From assembly GCF_009914755.1 (NCBI RefSeq), contig NC_060937.1: a stretch of DNA of 64,000 bases. One strand, 5' to 3'. The DNA comes from the human T2T-CHM13v2.0 reference genome, Homo sapiens. The notes beneath the pieces are model-generated. The model was given only the letters and a program-made list of their open reading frames with translations. It did no database searches and was not told the DNA's origin. Position 1 is the first letter of the stretch. Every line of letters begins with the position of its first letter. A program made the position numbers and the translations under genes. Of the stretch, positions 1 through 17,339 are shown in pieces.

Positions 1-85
1 GTTTAAATGTGTTGTCATTGTCTCCATTGTCTTTGTCCAGAGCCTATTATTATGGAAACAATAAAATTTATTGTGTCAGTTGCTT
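1..85 (+). terminator. NUP58: Probable 3' end / polyadenylation signal of the upstream gene NUP58 (NUPL1)
   Basis: AATAAA at 60-65 followed by GT/T-rich sequence. The gene assignment is inferred from recalled synteny: NUP58 lies on the same strand ~30 kb upstream of ATP8A2. No NUP58 coding sequence is in the window. Confidence 0.55.
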
Positions 86-969
86 TGATTCTTTATAGGT
101 GTCAGTAGCTGTTCTTAATATGTAATTTTATTATTGCTCTTTTAGTCTCCGGTTGGGTTTTAGTATATTCCCTTCATTGGTTTATACATCTTGCTCTTTT
201 TTAAACAGAAGAGTGAACATAAGATAGTAAATTATTTCTCACTTGCTTTTGTCTTCTCAAAATGACAAAAACAGTGAACATTTTTAGTTATAAAGAATAA
301 TATTGAGTAAAAAAGGAAAAATCCCTTTGAACTTTTGGGCCCTAATTCCCTTCCATTTCCTAGTGTGCAGTCTGATGGTTTGATATGTATCCTTGTAGAC
401 CCTTTTAAATATGTCTTAAAAGAATATATAAATGTTACTTCTCTTTTCTTTTTCTTTTATATTCTCTCTGATTTTTTATCACATTTTATTCTCTTGGATC
501 CCTCTTTACTTTTTTAACAAATAGGTTAAAAAGTTTGTGTTCTGGACTTGTTCTTTTTCCCTTCTATTAGTATATCATCAGCATCTTTCTGTGTCTATAT
601 AGATTTACTTTTTACATACTGTCCCATAGAATGGGTGTACAATGATCTGTTTCAACTACTGTGTGGTTTTTTTAGGAAATGTAATTTTTTAAAATTTTTT
701 TTATTTCCATAGATTATTGGTGAACAGGTGGTATTTGGTTGCATGAGTAAGTTCTTTAGTGGTGATTTGTGAGATTTTGGTACACCCATCACCTGAGCAG
801 TAGGCGCTGACCCAGTTTGTAGCCTTTTATCCCTCACCCTCTTCCCACCCCTTCCCCTCTTAAGTTCCCATAGTCCATTGTATCATTCTTAATGCCTTTG
901 TATCCTCATAGCTTAGCTCCCACTTAGAGAACATAGGATGTTTGGTTTTCCATTCCTGAGTTTCTTCTC

Positions 970-1074
970 TTTTTTTAAATTTTTATTTATTTATTTAAAT
1001 TTATTATTATTATACTTTAAGTTTTAGGGTACATGTGCACAATGTGCAGGTTAGTTACATATGTATACATGTGC
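970..1074 (-). mobile_element. Extremely 5'-truncated young L1PA (L1PA2/3-like) 3' end with poly(A)
   Basis: Reverse complement reads gcacatgtatacatatgtaactaacctgcacattgtgcacatgtaccctaaaacttaaagtataat plus A-tail. 11-bp TSD agtttcttctc at 959-969 and 1075-1085. Confidence 0.85.
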
Positions 1075-1138
1075 AGTTTCTTCTCAGAGTAATAGTCTCC
1101 CAATCCCATCCAGGCTGCAAATGCCATTAATTCATTCC

Positions 1139-1428
1139 TTTTTTTTTTTTTGAGATGGAGTTTCACTCTTGTCGCCCAGGCTGATGCCATCTCGGCTCAC
1201 TGCAGCCTCTGCCTCCTGGGTTCAAGCAGTTCTCCCTCAGCCTCCGGAGTAGCTGGGATTGCAGGCATGATTACGCCTGGCTAATTTTTGTATTTTTAGT
1301 AGAGATTTAAGTAGAGATGTATTTTACCATGTTGGCCAGCCTGGTCTCAAACTCCTGACCTCAGGTAATCTGCCCGCCTCGGCCTCCCAAAGTGCTGAGA
1401 TTATAGGCGTGAGCTACCATGCCCAGCC
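1139..1428 (-). mobile_element. AluS
   Basis: Reverse Alu consensus with poly-T head and small internal indels. Confidence 0.9.
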
Positions 1429-1467
1429 AATTCATCCATTCCTTTTTAGTGGCTGTGTAGTATTCCA

Positions 1468-1541
1468 CATATATATGTATATATATATATATATATACAC
1501 ATATATATATACGCACACACACACATACATACACACACACA
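1468..1541. repeat. (TA)n/(CA)n microsatellite
   Basis: Read directly from the sequence. Confidence 0.95.
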
Positions 1542-2774
1542 CCCCACACCAACTATTCTCTGGATGGTTAGGTTCATTTGACTATTTCAGTTTCTTCGGG
1601 GTTGATTCTGGAAATAAATTGCTGAAAAGTCATATAAATTGTGTGTTTTAATGTCACATTGCCTTCCCAAAATGCTATACAAATATATACTCCTACCAGC
1701 ATGTATATCCATTTCCTAGTATTCTTTGTGATCCCAGTTAATTGTAATCCTAATTATAAGTCTTTGTGAGGTCAACCTTTTTAATATGTATCAGCTATTT
1801 GTATGTTAATGTAATTGCTTATTATATCCTTTGGCAATTTTTATACCAAATTAGGGTTTTTTCTTAATGATTTGTAGGACCTCTGTAGATAATAGGTATT
1901 AATATTTTTCCTGAGAGATATGTCTAGTCAGCTGTGTTCAGAATCCCGCCTTGACCATGTGTGATTTTAAGCAAGTTATGTAACTTCTAGACTTCAGCTT
2001 TATCCTCTAGAAAATAAGGATGATATACATGGGTGGTTATACTAATAATATAATCTAAAGCATTTGGATAGTGTAACCCCTGACACCTGAGAAGCATTAG
2101 GTCTTCCTGCACCAATACCCCACTGCCTTAATCATTGTAGCCGGATGCTTTATTTGTATACCTGATAGGAAGCTGCTTTATCTTAGCCTTTTTGTTTGTT
2201 TTTGTGTGGGGAGGCTATTCTAGGACACTTAGTCTTTAAGATGAACTTTAGTGTCTATTTTATTGAGTTTGATTTTTCTTTAAAAATTCTGAGATTTTTA
2301 TTGGATTTACACAAAATATGTCCTGGGGGAAATTGACAACAATAAGCACAGCATGATACATGCATCTGTTGGGTCTTTTGTTCTTTTAACAAAGTTTTTA
2401 TTAGATTCTTGTTTGATTATTTTTACTAACCATCTTGATTTGAATTGAGTGCAAATTTTTATCCTGTAGTAGGTATGAGGTCATTTACATTATTACAACC
2501 AGTTATTTCCTGTCCTTTCTGATGATAATATAGTAAATCCGAGTTAATGTCCTACCTTTTCTGTGAATAAGGCTGACTTTGCCACACTTTTTGAAGCACA
2601 CACCAAGACAGGCTTATTCAGTCACAGGATTCTGGGCCTTGCTAACATGAGCCAGTGTCCTGGGAAGTCTTGAGTTGGCATACCTAACTTAAATCTCATG
2701 CACAAAGTCCTCTTTGCCTCTTACATCACATCCCCATTTATTGGGTGCATAGTCTGTCCTGGGTACCACTCAGC

Positions 2775-2960
2775 ATTTTATATACTTGACCATGTTTAGT
2801 CTGAATATTACTGTGTAAAGCAGAAATACCCAATTTATAGATGAAGGAACTGAGGCTAAGGTTAAGCAACTTACTTGAGGTCGCATAGCTAAGTCATAGG
2901 GCTGGGTTTTAAACCCAGACCTGTTTAATTCCAAAGCACAATATTTTACTGCCTGTCTCT
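2775..2960. mobile_element. MIR fragment
   Basis: MIR core-like: cccaatttatagatgaaggaactgaggct...gttaagcaacttacttgaggtc. Confidence 0.6.
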
Positions 2961-4095
2961 GATCAAGGAATAGCGTGCTGATTTTCATGACTAACTGAAA
3001 GGCACTGAAGGTAATGTGATTACACAGTTCATATGGGGGAAACTACAAGTATGTGATAGATTAGATCAGGGCAAAGTAAGGTAAGTACCTAGGTCTATGT
3101 GATTTAAAAGGAGAGGGAATACTATCTGTGGTGTAAAGAGCGTTATAAAGAAGCAAGAGCTGGACTTGTGCAGTCCATCTTTGACCTTTTGCTGGTTCCC
3201 TATGAAGAGGTTTATGGAGAAAAGCATCATCCCAGCAACTGGATGATGGGGGCGGTGGGGGGGGTCTGTCCACCTTGGAAAAGGTAAGCAGAGCCATTTT
3301 GACTATTTGAATTTTAGGAACTGTCAAAGAGAAGTTTAACAAGAAAACCCTTCCTGGAAGGCTTGTATGACCCCTGTGACTCAAAAGAGCACCACATGCT
3401 CAGACCAAGTGAGACTTGCTGGTACAGATCAACTGGCCCTTTAAAAAGCTCAAGAGAACCAGGGAGACAGGCAAGAATGAGAGGCCGCAACATACATAGG
3501 AGAGAGTAGGGATTAATGGAAAAATTGATTGTGGCCCAGAATGGTTTTTGCCTTTTTCCCATTCATTCAGTAGAATGTGTTTGTTTTTTCTACCTAGTCT
3601 ATTTGTCAGCTAATGGAAACAAAAAACCTACCAGGCTTACAAAGGTTTCATTGCTGACAAGTGTGCTGCAGAATTAACTTGGGGAGAACTCCTTTCTTGT
3701 CATCACCACCCCTCTTTTAATCCCCCGGGAAGCAAGTCAGTTTAATTCAGTAAACATTCCTTAATAATTTGTGTGATCCACTGCTGGGAATTTAGGAATA
3801 TAAATACATATGGGTAGGATATTGTCTATACTCAATAGCTAACAGTGCTAAGCAGGGGCCAGGATCTACTCTTATGAGCTGCCATACGTTAACTCATTTA
3901 GTCCTCAATCCCGTGAGCTGGGTAGTGTTGTTCCTTTTTTTTACAGGTGAGAAAACAGGCACAGTTGTTAAATAATATCACCACTCAACTAGCAAGTGAA
4001 TGGGCCAGAATTCAAACCCAGGCAGTCTATGTAGAGTCTATGTAGGCTTTTAACTTTACATAAATTAATGATATAAAGTGGGCTTTCTTAAGTTA

Positions 4096-4506
<411 letters not shown>

Positions 4507-4611
4507 TTATGAAGTATTTACAAGTTTAAAGAACCATGTATTTAAAATGTTAAATTTGAACAACATAAAGGGGTTCAAAATAAAAAGCAACTAACACTTC
4601 ACCCTCCAGAG

Positions 4612-4913
4612 GAGGTTTGTATCCCTTATCTCAAATGCTTGGGACAAGAAGTATTTCAGATTTTAGAATATTTTCATATACATAATGACATCTTGGGGAT
4701 GGGATCCAAGTTTAAACATGAAATTCATTTATGTTTTTTATACACATAGCCTGAGGGTAATATTATACAATATTTTAAATAATTTTTTGTGTGAAATGTA
4801 GTATTGACTGACCCTTCACATGAGGTCAGATGTGGAATTTTCCATTTGTGGCTTCATGTTGGCACTCAAGTTTCAGATTTTGGAGCATTTCAAGTTAGGG
4901 ATTCTCAACCTGT
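4612..4913. mobile_element. MER46/Tigger4-derived DNA transposon fossil
   Basis: Ends resemble the Tigger4 TIRs (ggtttgtatcccttatc... and ...gggattctcaacctgta). Confidence 0.65.
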
Positions 4914-5724
4914 ATTTGCATTCCAGCTCATGGGAAGAAGGAATGAGTGAAGAGAATACCTTTCCTTTCAGGAGTATGAGCCAGCAGTTGCATACTTCTG
5001 CTCATACCACATTGGCCAGCACCTAGTCACATAGCTGCAAGTAGGTCTGGGGAATGTCTTTTGCTAGGTGTCCTGCACTCAGCTAAAAACAGCACTGGTA
5101 AGGAAGAAGGGGAGAATTTACCTAGGGTACAATAAGTAAATCTCCACAGGCTGCTGGGCCTCGGCTTGCCTCCTGAGCAGGGTTATAACCTCGATGTCTT
5201 TGTTAGCAACCACAAGTCTCAGTGCTCCAACGTTTTCACACTTTCACTTCATTTTTGGTTTCCAAGGATTTACTTTTTGGCTAATTCAGCTATGCATCTA
5301 AAAGATGTTTTTAAAAATTGCCCTCATTATTTTCAGGTGTTTTGTAGTGGGGCTGTGTTTTAGGAGTCTACTCCATATACAGCTAACAGAAGGCCATAAT
5401 GGAGCTTGTTTTTGTAGATGTTTTTATAGGTGCATTAATAAAAATTCTTTCAAATCATTGTTTACATCTTCTCAATTAGCCAAACAAGGATCGATCTAAA
5501 GAACAATACTCTTGTTTTAGTAACTTAAAAAACAATAATGTGCTGAGCATTTACTCCTTCTGGTGTCGAGAATTTCTACTCCTCTATACCATGTTTTACT
5601 TGCAGTTGATTTAGAACGAGAAATTCTTTTTAAATCCTGATAATAAACATATTTTGTGGATATCTATTATAATCCAACAAGGGAGTGTCTGGCAAGTCGT
5701 TCTCCCTTGGTTGAGAAGCAGTGC

Positions 5725-6310
5725 AGTCTGCACTGTCCACAGTGGTAACCACTGGCCATGTGTGGTGGGCGTGATTGAGGAACTGAACTTTTAACTTTAA
5801 TTTTTATCTATTTAAATTTAAAAACTGACACACCATTCAAATATTGGGCGACATTTAAGTGTGTTTGGAAAAACTTGAGTATATGAGTCTACATTGTCAA
5901 TTGTAAAATTTATAAAATCTAAATGCAAATTAAATTTCAAAGGAAATTTAGCATTCAAATTGAAAATTCTTTAGGTATAAAATTCACACTGGATTTTGAA
6001 GACAGTATGAAAAATGCCAAATATTTTGTTAATGATTTTGTATTGATGACATGTTGAAATAAGTATATTTCAAAATGTTTGTTTCCTTGTTTTAATGTGG
6101 TTAGTATAAAATGTATTATTATTATTTTGAGATAGGAGGGTCTTGTTACATTGCCCAGGCTGGTCTTGAACTCCTGGGATAAGTAATCTTTCCACCTTAG
6201 CCTCCCAAGTAGCTAGGATTACAGGCACACACCATCACACCTGGCTAGTATAAAATTTAAAGTTATATATGTGGATCGCATTATATTTCTGTTAGACTAT
6301 GCTGCTGTAG
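5725..6310. mobile_element. hAT-Charlie (MER3/MER33-like) fossil with an inserted Alu monomer (~6125-6246, minus strand)
   Basis: ctgcactgtccacagtggtaaccactggccatgtgtgg at the start and cgcattatatttctgttagac at the end. Internal Alu monomer. Confidence 0.6.
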
Positions 6311-7232
6311 ACGGTGCAGACCGTGGTTCTGGGAGCAAATATGGCTTATATGTCTAAAAGAGAAATAAATTACAGATAATTTAATTTGCTTCTTTTTGCC
6401 TCTTATATCAATTGTTAAAGCATTTTCCTACTTGGTATCCCTGCTTTCTTTGTCTACCCTTGTTCATCATCAGAGCTCCTACAGTTATCTTCACAAACAG
6501 GGTCATGTCAAGCCGATACTCATTGGTGCTCTTTATTTCAAACTCTTTTTCGTAACATACAAAGCCCCTCATAGTCTGGCCTCTACTTTTACCAGTCCCT
6601 CCTGACACTTTCCCACACCAAGACCATTCCCGAACACTATGCTCTTTCACACCAGGGGCTGTTTCTTTTGTCTGGAGTAACTGTTAGCCCTTCAGCATCA
6701 TCTTTCCTCATCCTTCTCTAACTACCCCCGACAAAGTTAGTTTGTACCTCTTCACTCTGGTTAATACAGGCTTCCAATACAGGCTTACCAAGTTATATTT
6801 TTATTATTTGGTGGTATCTTTGTCTCCCATATTAGGCTGCATAATCCCAGGACAGGAGCCCTGTCTTAGTTTGGGTTTATTTTTGCTTACGGTCTAACCA
6901 GATTCTATTAATGTTTATTAATTAAATAATGCAGTGGGAAAAGGGTTACTTCAGTGACCCTCCCTGTTGATCTTTCTCCATATAGGCCTTGGAACCATGC
7001 TACTAGGGTTAGAATCTCAGCTTTATCACTTGGTAGCTCTAGTTAGGCAAGTTATTTAACATCTTTGTGCCTCATTAGTAAAATGAAGATAAGAATCCAT
7101 CTTATAGGTTGACTGTGAAGATTAAAATGGTTTAGCTTACGTAAGGTGCTTAAATATATTCCTGGTGTAAGCTAAGATGCAATAAATATTAACTATTGTC
7201 ATAATACAGTCTAAACGATTTTTCTCTTTCAG

Positions 7233-7465
7233 GCAACAAATCACAGGTTTTAACTGAATTTCGAAAACCCAGTGTTACAGAAACCAATGAAATAGGAAGA
7301 AAAATACAGTTCTGAGCAGTCCTTGAATCAACAAATATCTACCTTTAAGGAACTTCTAATTCTCATTTTGTAAATCCCATTATTCAAGAAAAGCACATTA
7401 AGCTTAGAGTAGGTTTGATCAAGATGTTTAGAATTAAGGAAATAAAACTTGCCTTTGGTGTTTAA
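7233..7465 (+). other. Candidate alternative distal terminal exon of NUP58
   Basis: Branch-like ctaaac (7211), pyrimidine tract tttttctctttcAG ending 7232, non-repeat sequence, AATAAA 7441-7446 and a GT-rich downstream element. Confidence 0.45.
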
Positions 7466-7799
7466 GGACAATCTAATGGCTCATATACCAGATCCTCGGA
7501 GTATTTAGAGGAACTGGGAAGCAGACCACTAATTCAATGTATAGAAGGCACTGGTGGAAAACTCACGGAGTAGGAAAAGTCGGTGCAAAATAAAATTTAC
7601 CAAGTATAGTGAATTAAATACTTCTAAGTTCCAATTATGCAACTCACTCTTTTTAAAAAAAAAAAACACATTTTATTGAAATATAATTCACATACCATTA
7701 CAGTTCACCCATTTGAAGTAAAATTCAGTAGTTTTTAGTGTATTCACAAAGTTGTACAATATTATCACAATCTAGTTTTAATTAAAAAAAAATTTTTTT

Positions 7800-8415
<616 letters not shown>

Positions 8416-8564
8416 TAAGTCCTAGGTAATCATTACTCTCTGCCTCTCTAGCCTGTTCTGGATTTGTTTATATAAATGTGACCTTCTTTCACTTCTTTTT
8501 TTCATCTTCTTTCACTTCACATAATGTTTTCAAGGGCCATCCATGTTGTAGCACATATGAGTAG

Positions 8565-8958
<394 letters not shown>

Positions 8959-9445
8959 TGAACATCTGTTTCCATTTTTTGGCTATTGAGTATTACTGCT
9001 GTGAATATGCATGGACAGATTTTTGTGTCAATGCATGATTCCAATTATCTTGGGGTATATACCTAGAAGCAGAGTTGCTAAGTCATATGGTAACTCTATA
9101 TTTAATATTTTGAGGAACTGCCAAACTTTTCCAAAGTTGCTGCACCATTTTACATTCTTACCCGCAATGTAGGAGGGTTCCATATCCTTTATTGTCTGTC
9201 TTTTTTACTAATAGCCATCCCAGTGAGCATGAAGTAGTATCTCATTGTGCTTTTGATTTGCATTTCCCTAATGACTAATGTTGAACATCTTTATTCACAT
9301 ACTTATTGTCCATTTGCATATTATGCAACTCATTCTTATGTATATACCATTTCTGTGTTCATCCAATTAGCCAACAAATATTTGTGAGCAACTATTATGT
9401 GTCAGACATTTTTTAAAGTGTTGGAATAGGTAAGTGCACACATCA

Positions 9446-9767
<322 letters not shown>

Positions 9768-10400
9768 CCAGCCCTCTAGTTGGGGGACATTCAACTAGAA
9801 CATATATTCTAGTTGGGGGACATAGGCAATATATAAGATAAATAAGTTAAATATGTAGGCTGTTAGGGGGTGATAGTACTATGGAAAGAAAAAAAGTAGA
9901 GAAGGATAGAGACTGCTGGGGGTGAAGCTTGAAATTTTAAATAAAGCAGCTAGAGAAAGTCTTGCTGAGAAAATGGTGACTGAGTAAAGACAGATGGCCG
10001 TAAGGGAGGAAGCCATGCAGAGATAAGGAGAAAAGAGGCCCAGAAAATAGCATTTGAAAACAGAGAAATGAAATGTCATCAGATTGCATAGAGCCTTGTG
10101 GGCTTTGATAAGGACTTTGGCTTTCACTGTGAGATCCTGTTTTTGGAGGATTTGTATGGAGAGGTAACATCTGGCCCCATCTTAACAGGATGTTGGAGGT
10201 GCGTGTATGTGCACATGTGTGAGGGGGTACTGGTTGCCACAATGACTGGGGACCAGGGATGCTAAACATTTTGCAACAGAGAACGATCTTCCACAAACTG
10301 TGAATTTAGAAGCCAAGCTGGGAAACACCACAGCAAGAAGGAATGAGGACATGAGTTGAGAGGCTATTCCTGCAATTCAGGTGAGAAGTGAGGGTGATTT

Positions 10401-11270
<870 letters not shown>

Positions 11271-12193
11271 ATTTGGAGCAGGCTGGGGCAGTGTGGAGGA
11301 TGACTCTGGATATATTCTGAAGTTGGAGTTGAGAGTACTAGCTGACAGATGAAATGTAGGGTGAGAATAAGAATCAGAGAAGACTTTGAGGATTTTGGTC
11401 TGAGTGTTGGGAAAAGTGGAGTTGGCATTAATTGAAAAGGGTAAGACTGGAGGAGGAATAGGTGGGGAAAGGGCTGCAGAATCACGCGTGCAGTCTGAGA
11501 CATTTGAAGTTTGAGATGTCTTTAGACATACAAGTGGGCATGAGGAGCAGACAGCTGGAAACACAAGTCCAGTTTAGAAGAGAGGCCTGAGGGGTGATAT
11601 GAATGTGGGAATCTCATCAGGTCAGATGATCAACAGATGAGTGACTTAGAAAAGAGATAAGGTCTGGGGCTTCCCAACATGAAGAAGTCGGAGTAGTGAG
11701 CAGGAAGCAGCAGGGAGGCTCTGCATGTCCATGAGACAGGAGAAAGGAGTGAACTGTCAAGGATGGGAATATCTGGTTGCACTGAGAAGTGTGGGTGAGT
11801 GGAGCGCTAAGGAGGACAGCCCGACTGGAGTGGGGTCCTAGGAGCGTGGGGGGAGTCCCGATCTGGCTATTATGGTCTATTCCTCCAGTAGCCAATCCTT
11901 TCTGCTGATTACAGATATATACTCTGGATAAAACACAAAAAAGCTACTTGAGGGTTTTGAATAGTATGTAACAGAAGGCAGACTGTGGAAGGGAGTCAAA
12001 ACTTAGAGAACTTCATGGGGCTGTTTCCCATTATCTTTTTTTGTTCTTTGGGGTGTTTTTTTTTTTAATATTTTGTGTTTTATTTTTTGTTTTTGTTTTT
12101 TTTCCCCCTCAATACTTTGCCCCAGGGGCAGGCTTCAGTGGCTGATCAGTGCAATTCATGTGGCTAAAACTCCAGTAGAAACTTCTCAGTCAG

Positions 12194-12535
<342 letters not shown>

Positions 12536-13107
12536 TCAGGCAAAAGAGCCCCTGTAGACTAGAGAGAGCGTATGTGTGGTAGGGGGCACTTGAGACGGGG
12601 AAAAAGCCAGAGAAGGGAATTCCATAATCTGTGTAAGTCTCAGATTAACCCCAAACCACGCATGTGCAGGGCAGACCCAAACCAGGTGAGCAAATGCTTA
12701 AAGAACTGAACTGAGGCTTGGATCACTGAAGGCAAAACAGAGCTTATGGTCTGAATTTAACCAGGGTGATTGTATGATAGAACAAAACATCAGCATTCTC
12801 TAAGGGATTAGAATAGAATCCAGAGTTTATATGACATAGCATGGACAGTGTTCCCAGGACATTGTACAAAATTTACCACCTACAGAGAACCAAAAAAATG
12901 TGACCCATCCCCAAGACAAAAGACAACCCTGAGATGCTCAATGAAGTGAGGAAAAAAAACCAAAAAACAAACCCCGCCCCCACACACACACATGCACACA
13001 AAACCAACCCAGGAAATCTCAGTGGAGAAATAAAAACTACAATAAAGAACCAAATGAATATCTTAGAACTGAAAACTATGGTATCTGTAATAAAAATTTA
13101 CTGTAGA

Positions 13108-13415
13108 GGCCAGGCACGGTGGCTCACACCTGTAATCCCAGCACTTGGGAGACCGAGGCAGGCGGATCACCTGAGGTCAGGAGTTCGAGACCAGCCTGGC
13201 CAACATGGTGAAACCCCGTCTCTACTAAAAATACAAAAATTAGCCGAGTGTGGTAGCGGGCACCCGTAATCCCAGCTACTCAGGAGGCTGAGGCAGGAGA
13301 ATCGCTTGAAGCAGGGAGGTGGAGGTTGCAGTAAGCCAAGATCAAGCCATTGCACGCCAGGCTGGGTGACAAGAGCAAGACTCCATCTCAAAATAAATAA
13401 ATAAATAATAAATAA
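13108..13415 (+). mobile_element. AluS
   Basis: Alu consensus. TSD-like aaaaatt(t)actgtaga on both sides. Confidence 0.9.
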
Positions 13416-13528
13416 AAATTACTGTAGAAATCAATAACAATGAAAATGATAGAAGAGTCAGTGAACTTGAAGATCGATTAAAATGATCAAATCTGAACTG
13501 AGAGAAAAATGGTTGAAAAGAATGAATA

Positions 13529-14083
13529 TGAGCGCTCCTACTGCAGAGCCAGCCGCGCCAAATAATGTCTCTATGATACTCGAGAACTTTCATTTTTTTC
13601 CAGGCTCGTTCGGATTTGGGGTGGTTTTTGGTTTTGTTCCCCTCCCCAACTCTTACCCTCACCTTTTTTTTTTTTAAATTTTTTTACTGGTGTTATATCT
13701 TTGATTCTCCTTCAGCCCTCCCCGTTCTCATTTTTCTTGATCAACATCTCTTCTTGCTTCTGTCCCCTTCTCTCACCATATCTCTTAGCTCCCCTCCAAC
13801 CTGGGGGGCAGTGGTGTGGAGAAGCTGCAGGCCTGAGATTCCATCTGCTCTCCTTCCTGGAGCCCAGAGTGGGGCAGGAGAAGGGGGTGGCATCTTCAGC
13901 TCCTCAGCACTGAGGAAGAATGGGGCTCTTCTCATTTCACCCCTCCCTTTCTCCCCTGCCCCCAGGACTGGGCCACTTCTGGGTGGGGCAGTGGGTAACA
14001 GATCGGCTCACACTGAAAATGTAAGAACTACAAACAAAATTTCTATTAAATCAAGTTTTGTGTCTCCAGAAAAAAAAAGAAAG
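13529..14083 (+). pseudogene. 5'-truncated processed retrocopy of calreticulin (CALR) mRNA, 3'UTR only
   Basis: Matches my recall of the CALR 3'UTR (gccgcgccaaataatgtctct...ctcgagaactttcatttttttccaggct...gtaagaactacaaacaaaatttctattaaa...ttttgtgtctcc). ATTAAA at 14045-14050, A-tail, 12-bp TSD aaagaatgaata (13517-13528, 14084-14095). Confidence 0.85.
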
Positions 14084-14908
14084 AAAGAATGAATACAGTT
14101 TTAGGGACCTGTGGTATAATATCAAAACATCTAACATCTGTGTAATAAGAACACCAGTGTTAGAGTTAAAGAGTGGGCCAAAGACAACATTTAAAGACAT
14201 ACTAGCCAGAAACTGTCTAAATTTGGTGAAAGGCATACATGTACAGATTCAAAAGGATCACCAAACTCCAAGCAGAACAAGTTTAAAGACATCATGCCCA
14301 GACATAATCAAACTGTATAAGACCAAAGATAAAGAAAAGTTCTAACTCACTGTAGAAAAATGACCAATTGCACGTGAAGGAAAACTATTTGAATAATCAT
14401 GGATTTCACATTAGAAACCATGAAAGACAGTGGATCAACATCTTTAAAGTGCTAAAAGAAAAAAACTGTCAATCCAGGATTCTATATCTAGTGAAAATAT
14501 ACTTTTAGGAATGAAAATGAATAGAAACATTGTCAGATAAAGGAAAACAAATCATTTGTCTCTAGGAGACCTCTATAAGAAATGCTAAAGGGGTTTCTTG
14601 AGGTTGAAAGAAAATGATACAAGATGGAAATTTGGATCCTATTAAGTTCTTTAAAACACATATGACTATTTAAAACCTAAATTATGACATTGTTAGGCAG
14701 GGTTTTCAAGGTACGTTGATATAATACTTATGATAACTCCTGACATAAAGAGTATTTGGCAGAGAGGAAAGGGACCTCCACGGTTGCAAGGTTTTAATGG
14801 TTTATGAACCCTAAATAGATTTGAAAGTTTAAGTATGTATATTGTAATGCCTAGAGCAATTACCACCACCAATAAATATACAAAGAGAGACAGCCAAAAG
14901 GTCAATAG

Positions 14909-15270
<362 letters not shown>

Positions 15271-15418
15271 TCATGGACACAGACGCTAGAAGGTGGGAGA
15301 TGGGCGGGTGGAAGCTTGTGAAAGCTAACAGTGGTGATGCAAGTGGAGATAGGGACGTCTGAAGAGAGAGAAGATATAAAATAGTTACCCCGGCGCAGCA
15401 GTAGAGTGAAGAAGTTAG

Positions 15419-15789
<371 letters not shown>

Positions 15790-16094
15790 AGCTGGGCATT
15801 TTTCATCTCCACATTGAGATGTGAAGATTTCAGCATGTAGATGGAAGAGACTCAGATTAAATCAGGTTTCAGTTTTTGCCAAACAGAAACAATGAAGCTG
15901 GTGAGGGACAAGTGTTTGGGAGATGATGGCATTCAAAATGGGCGAGGGGGGAAAATGCAGAATCGAGGGACAATGGACTAGTTGTAGAATCAGTGGGTTT
16001 TAGGTCTCATAGGGTTGGAAGGATCACTGGATTTGATATTAGAAAAAATGTGCTGGAAAAATAGAAGCTGTTAGTAGAACGTGATGATTAGTAG

Positions 16095-16610
<516 letters not shown>

Positions 16611-17339
16611 TGATATTGCAGACATGAAGGGAATGCATACTATTCTCAGAGGAAGATCCCACAAATGTTATCACAGCAAAACTGGAAAGAATCTAAAATG
16701 TGAAATACCATGCGGGGGAAATTGTTGGATCAAAGAAGGTATTTGTCGGGAGAATTAATGTGCAATTTAAGTATATTAAGTCCTGTAATTAACTGAGATA
16801 ACTTCCAGGAACGTGAAGAGAAACAATGGGGAAAAAAAACGAAAGTGAAAAAACAGAAACAACAGGGTTCATCCTACTTCACCCCAGAAAAATCTGTTAA
16901 TGAAGGCCCAAGGTAAAGAGTCTAAACTGCCAGAATTGACTCAATAAATTTATGTAGGACTGGTACAAAAGACGTGAAGACTGTTATATGAAAAAATATA
17001 AAATATCAGAGCATATCACATATAGTAAGGGCAAGTATTGTTTTGTTAAACTGATTTTACTTGTAAGCATGTTGGCACACTGGGTTGGGATATAAAATGT
17101 GTTTCTTATTATGGTGAATGGTCAAAAGGTTTACAGACACTCCTCCAGAATATGTGAGTATGCAAATGTTCAAAGTCTTTTACGTTGTGAATTTACGCTC
17201 CCACCTGCAGCGTTTGAGAAGCCCTGTTCTACATCTCTACTAGCCTTAGTGAAGAGAAATTCCTTTATTTTTTCTAATTGGTATTAAATGGAATCTCCCA
17301 GTGGTTTAAATTTTTAGCTCCTAAATGACTAATAAGGTT

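Larger units (their letters stand above)
675..1470 (-). mobile_element. Old L1 (L1PB/L1MA-type) 3' end fragment, interrupted by a short L1PA tail and an Alu
   Basis: Typical reverse L1PB/MA 3'UTR: ggtgatttgtgagattttggtacacccatcacc, tatcctcatagcttagctcccac, ggctgtgtagtattccac. Confidence 0.7.

Noticed and set aside
13616-14092. 158-aa ORF
   Set aside because: Chance frame in the CALR 3'UTR retrocopy; TTG start and low complexity.
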